DNA of 64,000 nucleotides from an uncultured Enterobacteriaceae bacterium. Lineage in GTDB: Bacteria; Myxococcota_A; UBA9042. Both the position numbers and the translations under genes were made by a program. The stretch spans positions 6,536-70,535 of the forward strand of contig CAYHHL010000006.1 of assembly GCA_964356325.1 (NCBI GenBank). Direction: 5' to 3'. Below the pieces are notes generated by a model. That model saw nothing but the letters and a program-made list of their open reading frames with translations. It had not been told where the DNA came from and did no database searches. Positions 56,092-64,000 of the stretch are shown here, piece by piece. How positions within the stretch are numbered: the first letter of the stretch is position 1; each line of letters starts with the position of its first letter.

Positions 56092-56748
56092 ATGGCGGCA
56101 CAGGTGCGTATCATCCTGGCCGACGACCACAACCTGGTGCGCGAGGGCATGCGCGGCTTGTTGGAAGTGCGGATGCCGGAAGCCGTCGTGGTGGCGGAGG
56201 CGGCGACCGGTCACGACACCCTTCGAGAATGCGCCCGCCACCAGCCGGACCTGTTGCTGCTGGACATTTCGATGCCTGATCTCGGTGGCTTGGAGGTCCT
56301 GGCCGAACTGCCCAACGTCAGCCCGCTGACCCGCGTCGCCATCGTCTCGCAGTACACCGATCGCGCCTACGTGATTCGGGCGTTGAAGTTGGGCGCCAAG
56401 GCGTACCTGCCCAAACAGGTGATGGCGCGGGAACTGGTCGCGGCGCTGCGCAGTGTGCTGGAAGGCCGCACGTGGCTGGATCCGTCGGTGGCGGATCTGG
56501 TCGTCGCGGCGGCGCTGCATCCGGACGCCGGCACCGAAGCCCCGGAACTCGCTTCGCTGACCGACCGGGAACGCGAGGTGCTCAAGCTGATCGCAGAGGG
56601 CAATACCGCGCCGCAGATGGCGAAACTGCTAGGGATTTCAGTGCACACGGCCAACCGCCACCGCGCCAACCTGATGGAAAAGGTCCACGCGCACAGCAAG
56701 ACGGAATTGGTCAAGCTGGCGGTGCGATTGCGGGTGGTCGACGCGTAG
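56092..56748 (+). CDS. NarL/LuxR-family response regulator
   Basis: The REC domain shows VRIILADDHNLVREG...LLLLDISMPDLGG (phospho-Asp context). The LuxR HTH is LTDREREVLKLIAEGNTAPQMAKLLGISVHTANRHRANLMEKV. Confidence 0.9.
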   Translation: MAAQVRIILADDHNLVREGMRGLLEVRMPEAVVVAEAATGHDTLRECARHQPDLLLLDISMPDLGGLEVLAELPNVSPLTRVAIVSQYTDRAYVIRALKLGAKAYLPKQVMARELVAALRSVLEGRTWLDPSVADLVVAAALHPDAGTEAPELASLTDREREVLKLIAEGNTAPQMAKLLGISVHTANRHRANLMEKVHAHSKTELVKLAVRLRVVDA

Positions 56749-56864
56749 TCGGGGCGAGCCTTGGTCCTTAGAACAAGCCGATGTCCAACACGATACCCAA
56801 GTCAGCAGCAGCTATTAGCGAGTGACACGTCGACCACCTGCACGCAGGGGGCCAATTCCGGGAG

Positions 56865-57746
56865 TCACCGCGCAGGCAACGTCGGCCGCAACGCCAACAT
56901 CAGCACGCCGCCCAGAACCATCGCCCCGCCGACCCAAGTCCGCGGCCCGACGACGTTGTCCAGCGCCACCACACCCAGCAACGTCGCCAGCAGCGGCGTC
57001 GCCAGGAACCAGGGCGCCACCTGCGCCACCGGATGCCGTTGCGTCAGAACGTAGAATAGCCCGTGGCCGACCAGCGACGCGATCAGCGCGGCATACACCA
57101 CGCCGCCCCAGCCGATCCAAGTCGCATTGCGCAACGAGTCCAAGCCGTTCGATTCGACCAGCAGACTCCACGCCAACAACGGCACGATGCCGATGACCGC
57201 CGTCCAGCCCTGCTGGCTGAACATGTCCAAGCCCTTGAGTTGGCGCATCAACACCGTGCCCAGAGCGAGAAAGAAGGCTGAGGTCAACATCAGCAGCATC
57301 ACCTTCGGGTGCTCGAGCGCCGACGGTTCGAAACCGAGCACCAGCACGCCGATGAAACTGACGGCGATCGCCACACCAACGCGCAATGCCACGCGTTCGC
57401 CGAGCAGGAGCCAGGCCAGCACCGCCGCCATCGGCACGTAGCTTTGCAGCACGATGGCCGGGGAGGCGAGCGTGGTCGAGAGCTTGAGCGCCCAGAAGTT
57501 CAAGCCGAAATGCAGGACGCCGTTGCAGAGCGCCACCGCGATGAGGCGCGGCCACTGGCCTGGAGCAGGACGGCGCAGGAAGCGGCCCAGCAGCACCGCC
57601 AGCAGCACGAGGCGCAAGGCGGTGAACAGCAGCGGCGGAAATTCCTGCAACGCCAGTTTGGACGTCAGGAAATTGCCGGCCCAGGCCAAGCAGATGGCGA
57701 CGACCAGCAAGGCGTCGCGCCCGCCCAAACCCTTTGCTATGGCCAC
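56865..57746 (-). CDS. EamA/DMT-family transporter
   Basis: Ten TM helices with duplicated EamA halves. A GTG start at 57744-57746 gives VAIAKGLGGRDALLVVAICLAWAGNF.... The track ORF is over-extended by 60 aa. Confidence 0.75.
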   Translation of the reverse strand: MAIAKGLGGRDALLVVAICLAWAGNFLTSKLALQEFPPLLFTALRLVLLAVLLGRFLRRPAPGQWPRLIAVALCNGVLHFGLNFWALKLSTTLASPAIVLQSYVPMAAVLAWLLLGERVALRVGVAIAVSFIGVLVLGFEPSALEHPKVMLLMLTSAFFLALGTVLMRQLKGLDMFSQQGWTAVIGIVPLLAWSLLVESNGLDSLRNATWIGWGGVVYAALIASLVGHGLFYVLTQRHPVAQVAPWFLATPLLATLLGVVALDNVVGPRTWVGGAMVLGGVLMLALRPTLPAR

Positions 57747-57935
57747 GCCTTGCCTCCGCGTCGCAACTCCGGGCGCCCGACGCGCGGTAACGTACGGCCG
57801 GATCCTTCCGCGAGGCAAGCCCAGGTCATGGTGAGGGGACGGCGGAGGTCGCACGGAGTGAGTCTGGACCCGCGGGTGCGGTTCCGAAATCTTGGTCGTG
57901 GTCCACGGCAAAAGCCGCCGAATCAACGATCACGT

Positions 57936-58021
57936 GTAGGGGCGGGCTTCCAGCCCGCCCTCCCACGCGCCAGCGTCAATCCCAGTCCGGGGAGGAGGGC
58001 GGGCTGGAAGCCCGCCCCTAC
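57936..58021. repeat. 28-bp perfect inverted repeat (GTAGGGGCGGGCTTCCAGCCCGCCCTCC ... GGAGGGCGGGCTGGAAGCCCGCCCCTAC) with a 30-bp spacer; each arm is itself internally palindromic
   Basis: Seen directly in the sequence. It lies in the divergent intergenic region between the EamA gene and the 58152 gene. Confidence 0.8.
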
Positions 58022-58151
58022 ATTCGCCACAAGCAGCACCGTCACCGACCCGGAATCCAGAACCGCGCCCTGGACCCGCCGAGCAGGCTGGCACGGCTCC
58101 GGCTTCAATGCCATGCTCGGCGTTGCGGTCCCCATGCCGCGGAGTTCCGTC

Positions 58152-58544
58152 ATGACCGACCTGCGCAACCCCGGCGGCACTCCTGGCGGCCTGGGCCTGT
58201 TCCTCGGCGGCTGCGGCCTGAGCGCGCTCGGCTCCTACCTGCTGTTTTCCCGCGTCATAGTGTCCGCCGGCTACTGGTGGCAGGGCACGACGGGCCTCGG
58301 CTTGGGCCAAGGCGGTGGCGTGGCCCTGGTGTTGCTGCCGTTCTTCGGTGGCATCGCGCTGCTGTTTCGTAGCGCCCAGTCCAAGACCGGCTGGGTCCTG
58401 CTGATTGCCGGCATCGCGCTGCTGGTGCTGGAAATCATCATGAGCCTGCGCATCCACTTCACGCCGACGCCACTGCCTGTGGTGCTGCTGATGATCGGCT
58501 CGATCGCGGCGGGCGTGGGCATGGTGCTGCGGTCGCTGCGCTAG
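58152..58544 (+). CDS. Small Gly-rich polytopic membrane protein, hypothetical
   Basis: GGAG-N7-ATG precedes MTDLRNPGGTPGGLGLFLGGCGLSALGSYLLF.... It has three or four TM helices. The track ORF 57309..58544 upstream part is spurious. Confidence 0.45.
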   Translation: MTDLRNPGGTPGGLGLFLGGCGLSALGSYLLFSRVIVSAGYWWQGTTGLGLGQGGGVALVLLPFFGGIALLFRSAQSKTGWVLLIAGIALLVLEIIMSLRIHFTPTPLPVVLLMIGSIAAGVGMVLRSLR

Positions 58545-58559
58545 GTCAGAGCGCGCAAG

Positions 58560-60707
58560 TCACTTCCCTAGCTTGCCGCAATTCCCTTGCACTTTAGCCC
58601 AGTTTCCCGGCAGCTTGGGCGCGAATCCCGGCGTGCTCACCGCCGCCGCGGCGATCGCCCCGCTCGGCTCCGGCTTCAGCGCGATCCCGGTTACCGTCGG
58701 CTGCACGCTCGCGGACGCCCAGCCGCCTTTCATCGCCTTGGCAGCCGCGGTCGGACCGTCGCCCAGACTGTCCAGCTTGACCAGCCAGGTGTTGAAGTGC
58801 GTATTTCCTGGGGGGATTGTCCGCCCAGCCAGCGCGAAGCCACCGTCGGGCGTCGCCGCCAAGGCCACGTCGCGTTCCGGGGCCAGCGTGCCGTACGCCC
58901 GCGCGCCCACGACCGTGCCATCGCCAGCCAGGCGTGCCACGAAGGCGTCCTGGCTGCCAGTGCCCAACCCGACGCCGTGGCCCGCGATCCACAGCCCGCC
59001 CGGCACCGCCCTTACCGCGCTCGCCAGATCGTCGTCGCTACCGCCCAGACGCTGCGTCCACACGACTTCGCCGGCAGGATCCAAGCGCAGGATCAACGCG
59101 TCCCAAGCGTTTGCAGACAGGCCCTGGGTCCGGCCTGCCAAGGCAAAGCCACCGTCGGGCGTGCGCGTGGCGGCCAGCGCGAAGTCTTCTGCAGGACTGC
59201 CGTAGGCCTTGGACCACGCGAGGTTGCCATCGGCATCCAGGCGGACTGCCCAGGCGTCGTGCAGTCCCGCGCCCCAGGTCAGCGTCGTGCCGACCAGCAG
59301 GGTGCCGCCCGCGTTGCAGGCACTGTCGCGCGCCTCGACCACGTCAGCTAGCGACTCGCCCGCCGCGCCGCCAAAGGCTCGTGTCCACAGGACCTTGCCG
59401 TCCGCGCTCAGGTGGGCAGCGAACACCGCGCTCTGCTTGCCCAGCTCCGGTCCCGCCGAATAGGTATCGCCTGCCACCACGAAACCGCCGTCCTCGACCT
59501 GACGCACTCCCTTCACCTCGTCGTAACCAGGCCCGCCGATTCGGATCGACCACTGTACGCTGCCGGTGGCGTCGGTGCGCACGACCCAGCCGTCGAACCA
59601 GGGGCCCCAGCTGCGCGTCGTGCCGCCGAGCAGGAAGCCGCCATCGGCCACCTCCGCGATAGCACCCAGTTCGTCGTCATCGTCGCCGCCGTAGCCACGC
59701 ACGACGCCCGGGTTGCCACAGCCGTCGGTAAGCACCAGGAACGCGTCGCGTTTGCCCTCCTTGCTCCAAGCGTCGGTGCCGCCGATGAAGACGAGGCCGC
59801 CGTCCGGGCGGGCCAGCAAGCCGCGCGCCTCCTCTTCCGCCTTGGCGCCGAACGTGCGCGTGAAGGTGACGCCGCAGCCGCCGCCGGATGGGGCAGCGGC
59901 GCAGCTTGGGCCTGGTGGCAAGGCGCAGGGGCCGGGCAACCACACGGGGGTCGGGTCCTGCGGGCAGTCCAGCGCCGAGCCGCCGACGCACGCCCCGTTG
60001 CTGCAATGGTCCGCGGTGCACGGCTTGCCGTCGAGCTCACACGTCCCGGCTAACGTGGCGTGTTTGCAGCCCTTGTTCGGATCGCAACTGTCCGTCGTAC
60101 ACGCGTTGGCGTCGTCGCAGCCGGACCCCAGGTCATCTACCAAACCGTTGCAGTCGTTGTCCGCGCCGTCGCACACCTCAGTGGGAGCGCCTGCGAGACT
60201 GCACGCGGAAAGGCCGCCATCGCCGCAAGTGCGTTGTCCGGTGCACTGGCCGACGAGTCGATCGGTGCCGTCGTAACTGAACTTGACGCAGGCCGTGCCG
60301 ACGCCGGCGGCGATGTCCTCGAAACTACAGGTACAAGCGTCGCCCGATGGCAGGCAGAAGCTGCCCTGGTCGCCGCGCTCGGTACACTTCAGGCCGGCGG
60401 GGCAACTGGGGCCGCTGGCGCAGGGCAGGGCGCAGATCCGCCCGTCGACTCCCGATCCGCGACCGATGGCCACGCAAGCTTCGCCCGACGTGGCGCCAGG
60501 TAGCCCGGCGCAGTCGTCCTGGCTGGCGCACGGATGGCACAAGCCGTTCCAACTCGCAGTGATGTCGGCCACCGCCGTGGCGTCGGTGCTCGCGTCCGGT
60601 AGGGCCACCGGCGCCGCGACGTCCGGTGAATCGGCGTGGCCGGTCGATGGCGAGGGCTGGCTGCAAGCGCTCGCACCGCATAGCCATATCAGCATCGTGA
60701 AGACCAT
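58560..60707 (-). CDS. Large lipoprotein: N-terminal cysteine-rich repeats + C-terminal beta-propeller-type DGGF..AG repeats
   Basis: MVFTMLIWLCGASAC has a lipobox. The Cys-rich part reads CDGADNDCNGLVDDLGSGCDDANACTTDSCDPNKGCKH.... At least seven repeats then follow of the form PDGGFxLAGxTxSxG...DAxxxRLDxxGxxxWxxxxGG. Confidence 0.7.
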   Translation of the reverse strand: MVFTMLIWLCGASACSQPSPSTGHADSPDVAAPVALPDASTDATAVADITASWNGLCHPCASQDDCAGLPGATSGEACVAIGRGSGVDGRICALPCASGPSCPAGLKCTERGDQGSFCLPSGDACTCSFEDIAAGVGTACVKFSYDGTDRLVGQCTGQRTCGDGGLSACSLAGAPTEVCDGADNDCNGLVDDLGSGCDDANACTTDSCDPNKGCKHATLAGTCELDGKPCTADHCSNGACVGGSALDCPQDPTPVWLPGPCALPPGPSCAAAPSGGGCGVTFTRTFGAKAEEEARGLLARPDGGLVFIGGTDAWSKEGKRDAFLVLTDGCGNPGVVRGYGGDDDDELGAIAEVADGGFLLGGTTRSWGPWFDGWVVRTDATGSVQWSIRIGGPGYDEVKGVRQVEDGGFVVAGDTYSAGPELGKQSAVFAAHLSADGKVLWTRAFGGAAGESLADVVEARDSACNAGGTLLVGTTLTWGAGLHDAWAVRLDADGNLAWSKAYGSPAEDFALAATRTPDGGFALAGRTQGLSANAWDALILRLDPAGEVVWTQRLGGSDDDLASAVRAVPGGLWIAGHGVGLGTGSQDAFVARLAGDGTVVGARAYGTLAPERDVALAATPDGGFALAGRTIPPGNTHFNTWLVKLDSLGDGPTAAAKAMKGGWASASVQPTVTGIALKPEPSGAIAAAAVSTPGFAPKLPGNWAKVQGNCGKLGK

Positions 60708-60767
60708 GCGGGGATGGGCGGTACCGGTGCGGGGCATGGCGGCGATCCTTGCGGTGGCTTCGAACGC

Positions 60768-63700
60768 CTACTGGCAGACGCAAATCGCCGTCGAGGTCGG
60801 CAACGGCGTGGTGGCCGGCGAGAAGGACGACGGCAGCTTGAAGCCACCGCCGAAATCCTGCGGCGTGATGATCTTGGTCTTGGCCCCGCACGTCGCTTGG
60901 TCGATTGTCGACAGTGAGAGCACCTTGGTGTCGCAACTGCCGCCCGCGTCGCCAGCCGTGTCCGTCTTGACCAGGAAGCCGTCGGACTTGCCGCTGCCCT
61001 GGCCGAACGTCTGGCCGCAGAAGACGAATCCACCGGTCGTGTCGACATCGCCCGAGAAGCCGTACTGCGTCGAAGCGTTGCCGTAGATCTTCATCGAAAC
61101 CAGGTTGCCGCTCTTGTCCGTCCTGGCGTAGAACATGTCGAACTGAATGAGAGGATTGTACTTCTCCTCAGGGGTGGCGACCCACTTGATGCCAGTGTCC
61201 TTGCTGGATCCGAAGCTGGCAGTCCGCCCCGTGACCACGTAGCCGTCGGCCGTTTCGAAGCAGGCGGCGCCACGGTCGTCATCGAATCCGCCCCAACGCT
61301 TCATCCACTGCACCTTCATGTTGGCGCCGATCTTGATGAGCATGATGTCCTTGCTGTGGTAGATCGTGCCCCAGCCCGTGGTGTGTCCGGTCATCAGGAA
61401 GCCGCCGTCACTGGTGCGAATCAGGTCGGCCGCCTCGTCGTCGGCATCCAGGCCGTACAGCCAGGACGCGACGTGCTTGCCGTCCTTGTCGAGCTTGAAC
61501 AGCCAGATGTCGTCGTCGCCCATCGAATCGCTCTCCTCGCCGCCTGCCACCATCAGCGAACCATCGTCCATCTCCAGGATCTTGAACGGCGCGTCGCCCT
61601 CGGAGTCCACCGAGTCACCGCCGCCGTAGGTATGCACCCAGACCACCGTGCCCGCGCTGTCGACCTTCATGATCGTGGCCTTGTGCGTCTTGCCGACCTT
61701 GGAGCTGTAGGTGTACTGCTCGACGATGAAGGCATAGCCGCCGTCCTGCAGTTGGATGATCTTGCGGCCAAAGTCCAACCCACCGCCGCCGTACACGTTC
61801 TGCCACTGCACGTTGCCCACCGCGTCGGTCTTGACGACGTAAGTGCCCTGCCAGGTGGCCGACTCGCCGACCGCGATGAAGCCGCCGTCCACCGTGCTGG
61901 TGACGCCCCAGAACGCATCGTCCTCGTCGCCACCATAGTTCTTGGCCCAAACGAGGCTGCCGCACGCGTCGACCTTGACCAGGTAGGCATCTTTGCCGCC
62001 CGCGCTCCAACCGGTGGTATGTCCCGCCGCGACGAAGCCGCCGTCGCTGGTGTGGACCACGCCATAGAAGTTCTCCGCCTCCGCGCTGCCGACCGCCCGC
62101 TGCCACTTCTTGCCGACGCAAGCCGCCTGGATTTTGTACGCGCAGGTGCCTGATTTCGTGTCACAGGAGTCCGCCGTACAGTCGCTGCCATCGCTGCAGG
62201 TCTTCACCGCGCCCACGCAGGCGCCGGCCTTGCACGCATCGGCCAACGTGCACGCGTTGGTGTCATCGCAAGGCGTGGCGTTGTCGACCTGCACGCAGCC
62301 CTTGCCCGCGTCGCAACTGTCGTCAGTGCAAGGGTTGCCGTCGTCGCACTTGACCGCCGCGCCCGCTGCGCACGCCCCGGACTTGCAGGCGTCCCCGCTC
62401 GTGCAAGCGCTGCCGTCGTCGCAGGCCTTGCCCTCGGCGGCGGACACCATCGCGCACAGGCCGCTTTGGCTGTTGCAGAGGTTGGTCGCGCAGGCATCGT
62501 TCTTGCTTACATCGCACACGACGACCGTGCCCACAGCGATCGCGCACTTGTTCGCCTGGCACACGTGCTTGCCCGCGCACAAGTTGCCGTCGCTCTTGGC
62601 GGTGCAGTCCGCGTCGTTCAGGCACTCGCAAACATTGCCGCCGCTCACACACTTGCTGTCCTTGCATGCGTCGCCCTGGGTGCAAGCGTTGCCGTCGTCG
62701 CAAGCACCGATGCCGGCGACCGAAGCACAGGTCCCGTTGGCGCACGCGTCGACCGTGCACGGATTGCCGTCATCACAGCCCTTGGCCTTGCCGCCCTTGC
62801 ACTTGCCCAGCGCGCACACGTCGTCCAGCGTGCACCCGTCGGCGTCGTCGCAGGCATTGCCGTTGACGCCCGGACTGCTCACACAAGCGCCGGTCTTGGG
62901 ATCGCACGCGTCCGCGGTGCAAGGGTTGGCGTCGTCGCAGACCTTGGCCGCGCCGCCCGCGCACGCCCCGCCCTTGCACGAGTCTGCGCCGGTGCAGCCG
63001 TTGCCGTCGTCGCAGGCCGCGCTGTTCGGGGTGTGCGTGCAGCCCTTGGCCTTGTCGCAGGCGTCGGTCGTGCACGGGTTGGCGTCGTCGCAGGTATCCG
63101 CTTTGCCCGTCGCGCACTTGCCGGCCACGCACTTGTCGCTGACCGTACACACGTTGCCGTCCGCGTCGCACGGGCCGCCCTCGTTTTGCGCCGTGGCCGC
63201 GCACTTGCCTACCTTGGCGTCGCACACGCTCTGGCTGCACGCCGTGTCGTTGCTCGCGTCGCATTTCACCGCGGAACCGGCCTTGATCGCGCATTTCCCT
63301 TGGCTGCACGCCATTTGGCCTGCGCACAAGTCCGCGCCAGGCTTGCAGTCCGCGTCCGACTGGCACTCGCAAGTGTTCGCCCCAGTCACGCACTTGCCCG
63401 CCAGGCAGGCGTCGCCCTTGGTGCACGGGTTGCCGTCGTCGCACAGACCGCCGTCATCGATCTGACCGTCGCAGTCGTCGTCCTTGCCATTGCAGGTTTC
63501 CGCCAGTGGTTCGGGCGCGTCGCACAAGGCCTTGCCGCCAGCGTTGCAACTCCAGGTCCCTTTGCACTGGCTGACGACGTTGCCCGCGGCGTCCAGGACC
63601 ACCGCCATGCACGGCGTCGTCCACTTGCCCGCGACCGCTTGAGCACTGCAGCCGCACGCCTGGGCGTCGGGCACGCACACGGTCGCGGTTCCGCCGCCCA

Positions 63701-64000
63701 CCGGCTTGGCGCCTGCACACGTGTAGCCCGAGGGGCAGGCGCCGTTCTTTCCGCAAGCCTGGGCGCAGAATTGGCCAGCGGCACCAGCGGGCTCGCCCAA
63801 GCCGATGCACGCGGCCCCGGCCCCGAGTCCGCTGCACTGCGCGCCGGTCGTGCAAGGGTCGCACGCTCCGATGGCCCCGACGGCCTTGATATCGGCTTCG
63901 GGAGCCTTGATATCGGCTTCAGGGGCCTTGATATCGGCTTCGGGAGCCTTGATATCTGCCTCAGGAGCCTTGATATCTGCCTCAGGAGCCTTGATATCGG
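60768..64000 (-). CDS. Very large secreted cysteine-rich repeat protein (many CDDGNxCTxDxC units) + beta-propeller-type repeats; 5' end lies beyond the window end
   Basis: More than 1010 aa are in the window. The frame stays open upstream of the track start at 63800 and continues through the 21-bp tandem repeat (…APEADIKAPEADIK…). About 20 Cys-rich units such as CDDANPCTTDACDKAKGC are present. The propeller-type repeats are shared with the 58560 gene. Confidence 0.7.
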   Translation of the reverse strand, partial: DIKAPEADIKAPEADIKAPEADIKAPEADIKAPEADIKAVGAIGACDPCTTGAQCSGLGAGAACIGLGEPAGAAGQFCAQACGKNGACPSGYTCAGAKPVGGGTATVCVPDAQACGCSAQAVAGKWTTPCMAVVLDAAGNVVSQCKGTWSCNAGGKALCDAPEPLAETCNGKDDDCDGQIDDGGLCDDGNPCTKGDACLAGKCVTGANTCECQSDADCKPGADLCAGQMACSQGKCAIKAGSAVKCDASNDTACSQSVCDAKVGKCAATAQNEGGPCDADGNVCTVSDKCVAGKCATGKADTCDDANPCTTDACDKAKGCTHTPNSAACDDGNGCTGADSCKGGACAGGAAKVCDDANPCTADACDPKTGACVSSPGVNGNACDDADGCTLDDVCALGKCKGGKAKGCDDGNPCTVDACANGTCASVAGIGACDDGNACTQGDACKDSKCVSGGNVCECLNDADCTAKSDGNLCAGKHVCQANKCAIAVGTVVVCDVSKNDACATNLCNSQSGLCAMVSAAEGKACDDGSACTSGDACKSGACAAGAAVKCDDGNPCTDDSCDAGKGCVQVDNATPCDDTNACTLADACKAGACVGAVKTCSDGSDCTADSCDTKSGTCAYKIQAACVGKKWQRAVGSAEAENFYGVVHTSDGGFVAAGHTTGWSAGGKDAYLVKVDACGSLVWAKNYGGDEDDAFWGVTSTVDGGFIAVGESATWQGTYVVKTDAVGNVQWQNVYGGGGLDFGRKIIQLQDGGYAFIVEQYTYSSKVGKTHKATIMKVDSAGTVVWVHTYGGGDSVDSEGDAPFKILEMDDGSLMVAGGEESDSMGDDDIWLFKLDKDGKHVASWLYGLDADDEAADLIRTSDGGFLMTGHTTGWGTIYHSKDIMLIKIGANMKVQWMKRWGGFDDDRGAACFETADGYVVTGRTASFGSSKDTGIKWVATPEEKYNPLIQFDMFYARTDKSGNLVSMKIYGNASTQYGFSGDVDTTGGFVFCGQTFGQGSGKSDGFLVKTDTAGDAGGSCDTKVLSLSTIDQATCGAKTKIITPQDFGGGFKLPSSFSPATTPLPTSTAICVCQ
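63883..64000. repeat. 21-bp tandem repeat (GCCTTGATATCGGCTTCGGGA)n, at least 5.5 copies, each containing an EcoRV-type GATATC; on the minus strand it encodes (APEADIK)n in frame with the large Cys-rich protein
   Basis: Seen directly in the sequence. The period is 21 nt with CGG/CAG and GGC/TGC variants. Confidence 0.85.

Noticed and set aside
63883-64000. Regularly spaced 21-bp repeats at the window end considered as a CRISPR array
   Set aside because: The period is 21 bp with no unique spacers. The repeats are contiguous and in frame with the upstream Cys-rich protein ORF, encoding APEADIK heptads. This is a coding tandem repeat, not CRISPR.

Overview
This window is about 70% GC. The codon usage, abundant lipoproteins and 'cysteine-rich repeat' proteins suggest a myxobacterium-like genome (Myxococcota or a similar high-GC deltaproteobacterium); this is an inference, not a database result. 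I saw no rRNA, tRNA or CRISPR array.

Genes are densely packed and often joined by 4-nt start/stop overlaps (ATGA or GTGA) that use GTG or TTG starts. The supplied ORF track therefore often over-extends N-termini and lists many antisense shadow ORFs.

Content from left to right:
1. A complete classical menaquinone operon on the minus strand: menB, menA, a menC-menE in-frame fusion, polyprenyl-diphosphate synthase, DAHP synthase, ubiE/menG, menF, menD and menH. A DHNA-CoA-type hotdog thioesterase sits on the opposite strand, overlapping the menE 3' end. Downstream, on the same strand, are a hypothetical gene and a TPR lipoprotein.
2. A divergent MarR/GbsR-like regulator, an Fe-S/FAD oxidoreductase, a NUDIX hydrolase and a GMC (cholesterol-oxidase-like) oxidoreductase.
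3. A small insertion carrying a hicB-hicA toxin-antitoxin pair and a (GCCGGA)n microsatellite. It is flanked by a degenerate duplicate of the oxidoreductase 3' end.
4. A membrane cysteine-rich repeat protein followed by a frameshifted partial duplicate, then a Uma2 endonuclease and an NnrU protein.
5. An eight-gene operon with several 4-nt gene overlaps. It combines NuoE and NuoF-like flavoprotein subunits, a polyferredoxin, a cupredoxin-like protein, an octaheme cytochrome c, and a split Rieske/cytochrome b6/subunit IV complex. This is an unusual respiratory or bifurcating module and the top candidate for novelty.
6. Four lipoproteins, two of them tandem paralogs.
7. A cluster of c-type cytochromes: a dihaem protein, a CxxCH beta-rich protein, two PSCyt1-like lipoproteins, a DUF4266/DUF3570 pair, and a roughly 11-haem lipoprotein.
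8. The multihaem lipoprotein heads an operon with a GT87/DUF2029 membrane glycosyltransferase, two GT2 enzymes, a DUF2064-radical SAM/SPASM fusion and more lipoproteins.
9. A redox-sensing block: a PAS protein with a C-terminal 4-Cys motif, a haem-c/HAMP sensor, a NapC/NirT-like 12-haem cytochrome, a haem-c sensor histidine kinase (NarX-type) and a NarL-family regulator.
10. An EamA transporter, a 28-bp perfect inverted repeat, and two very large cysteine-rich plus beta-propeller-repeat lipoproteins. The last of these runs off the window end through a 21-bp coding tandem repeat.
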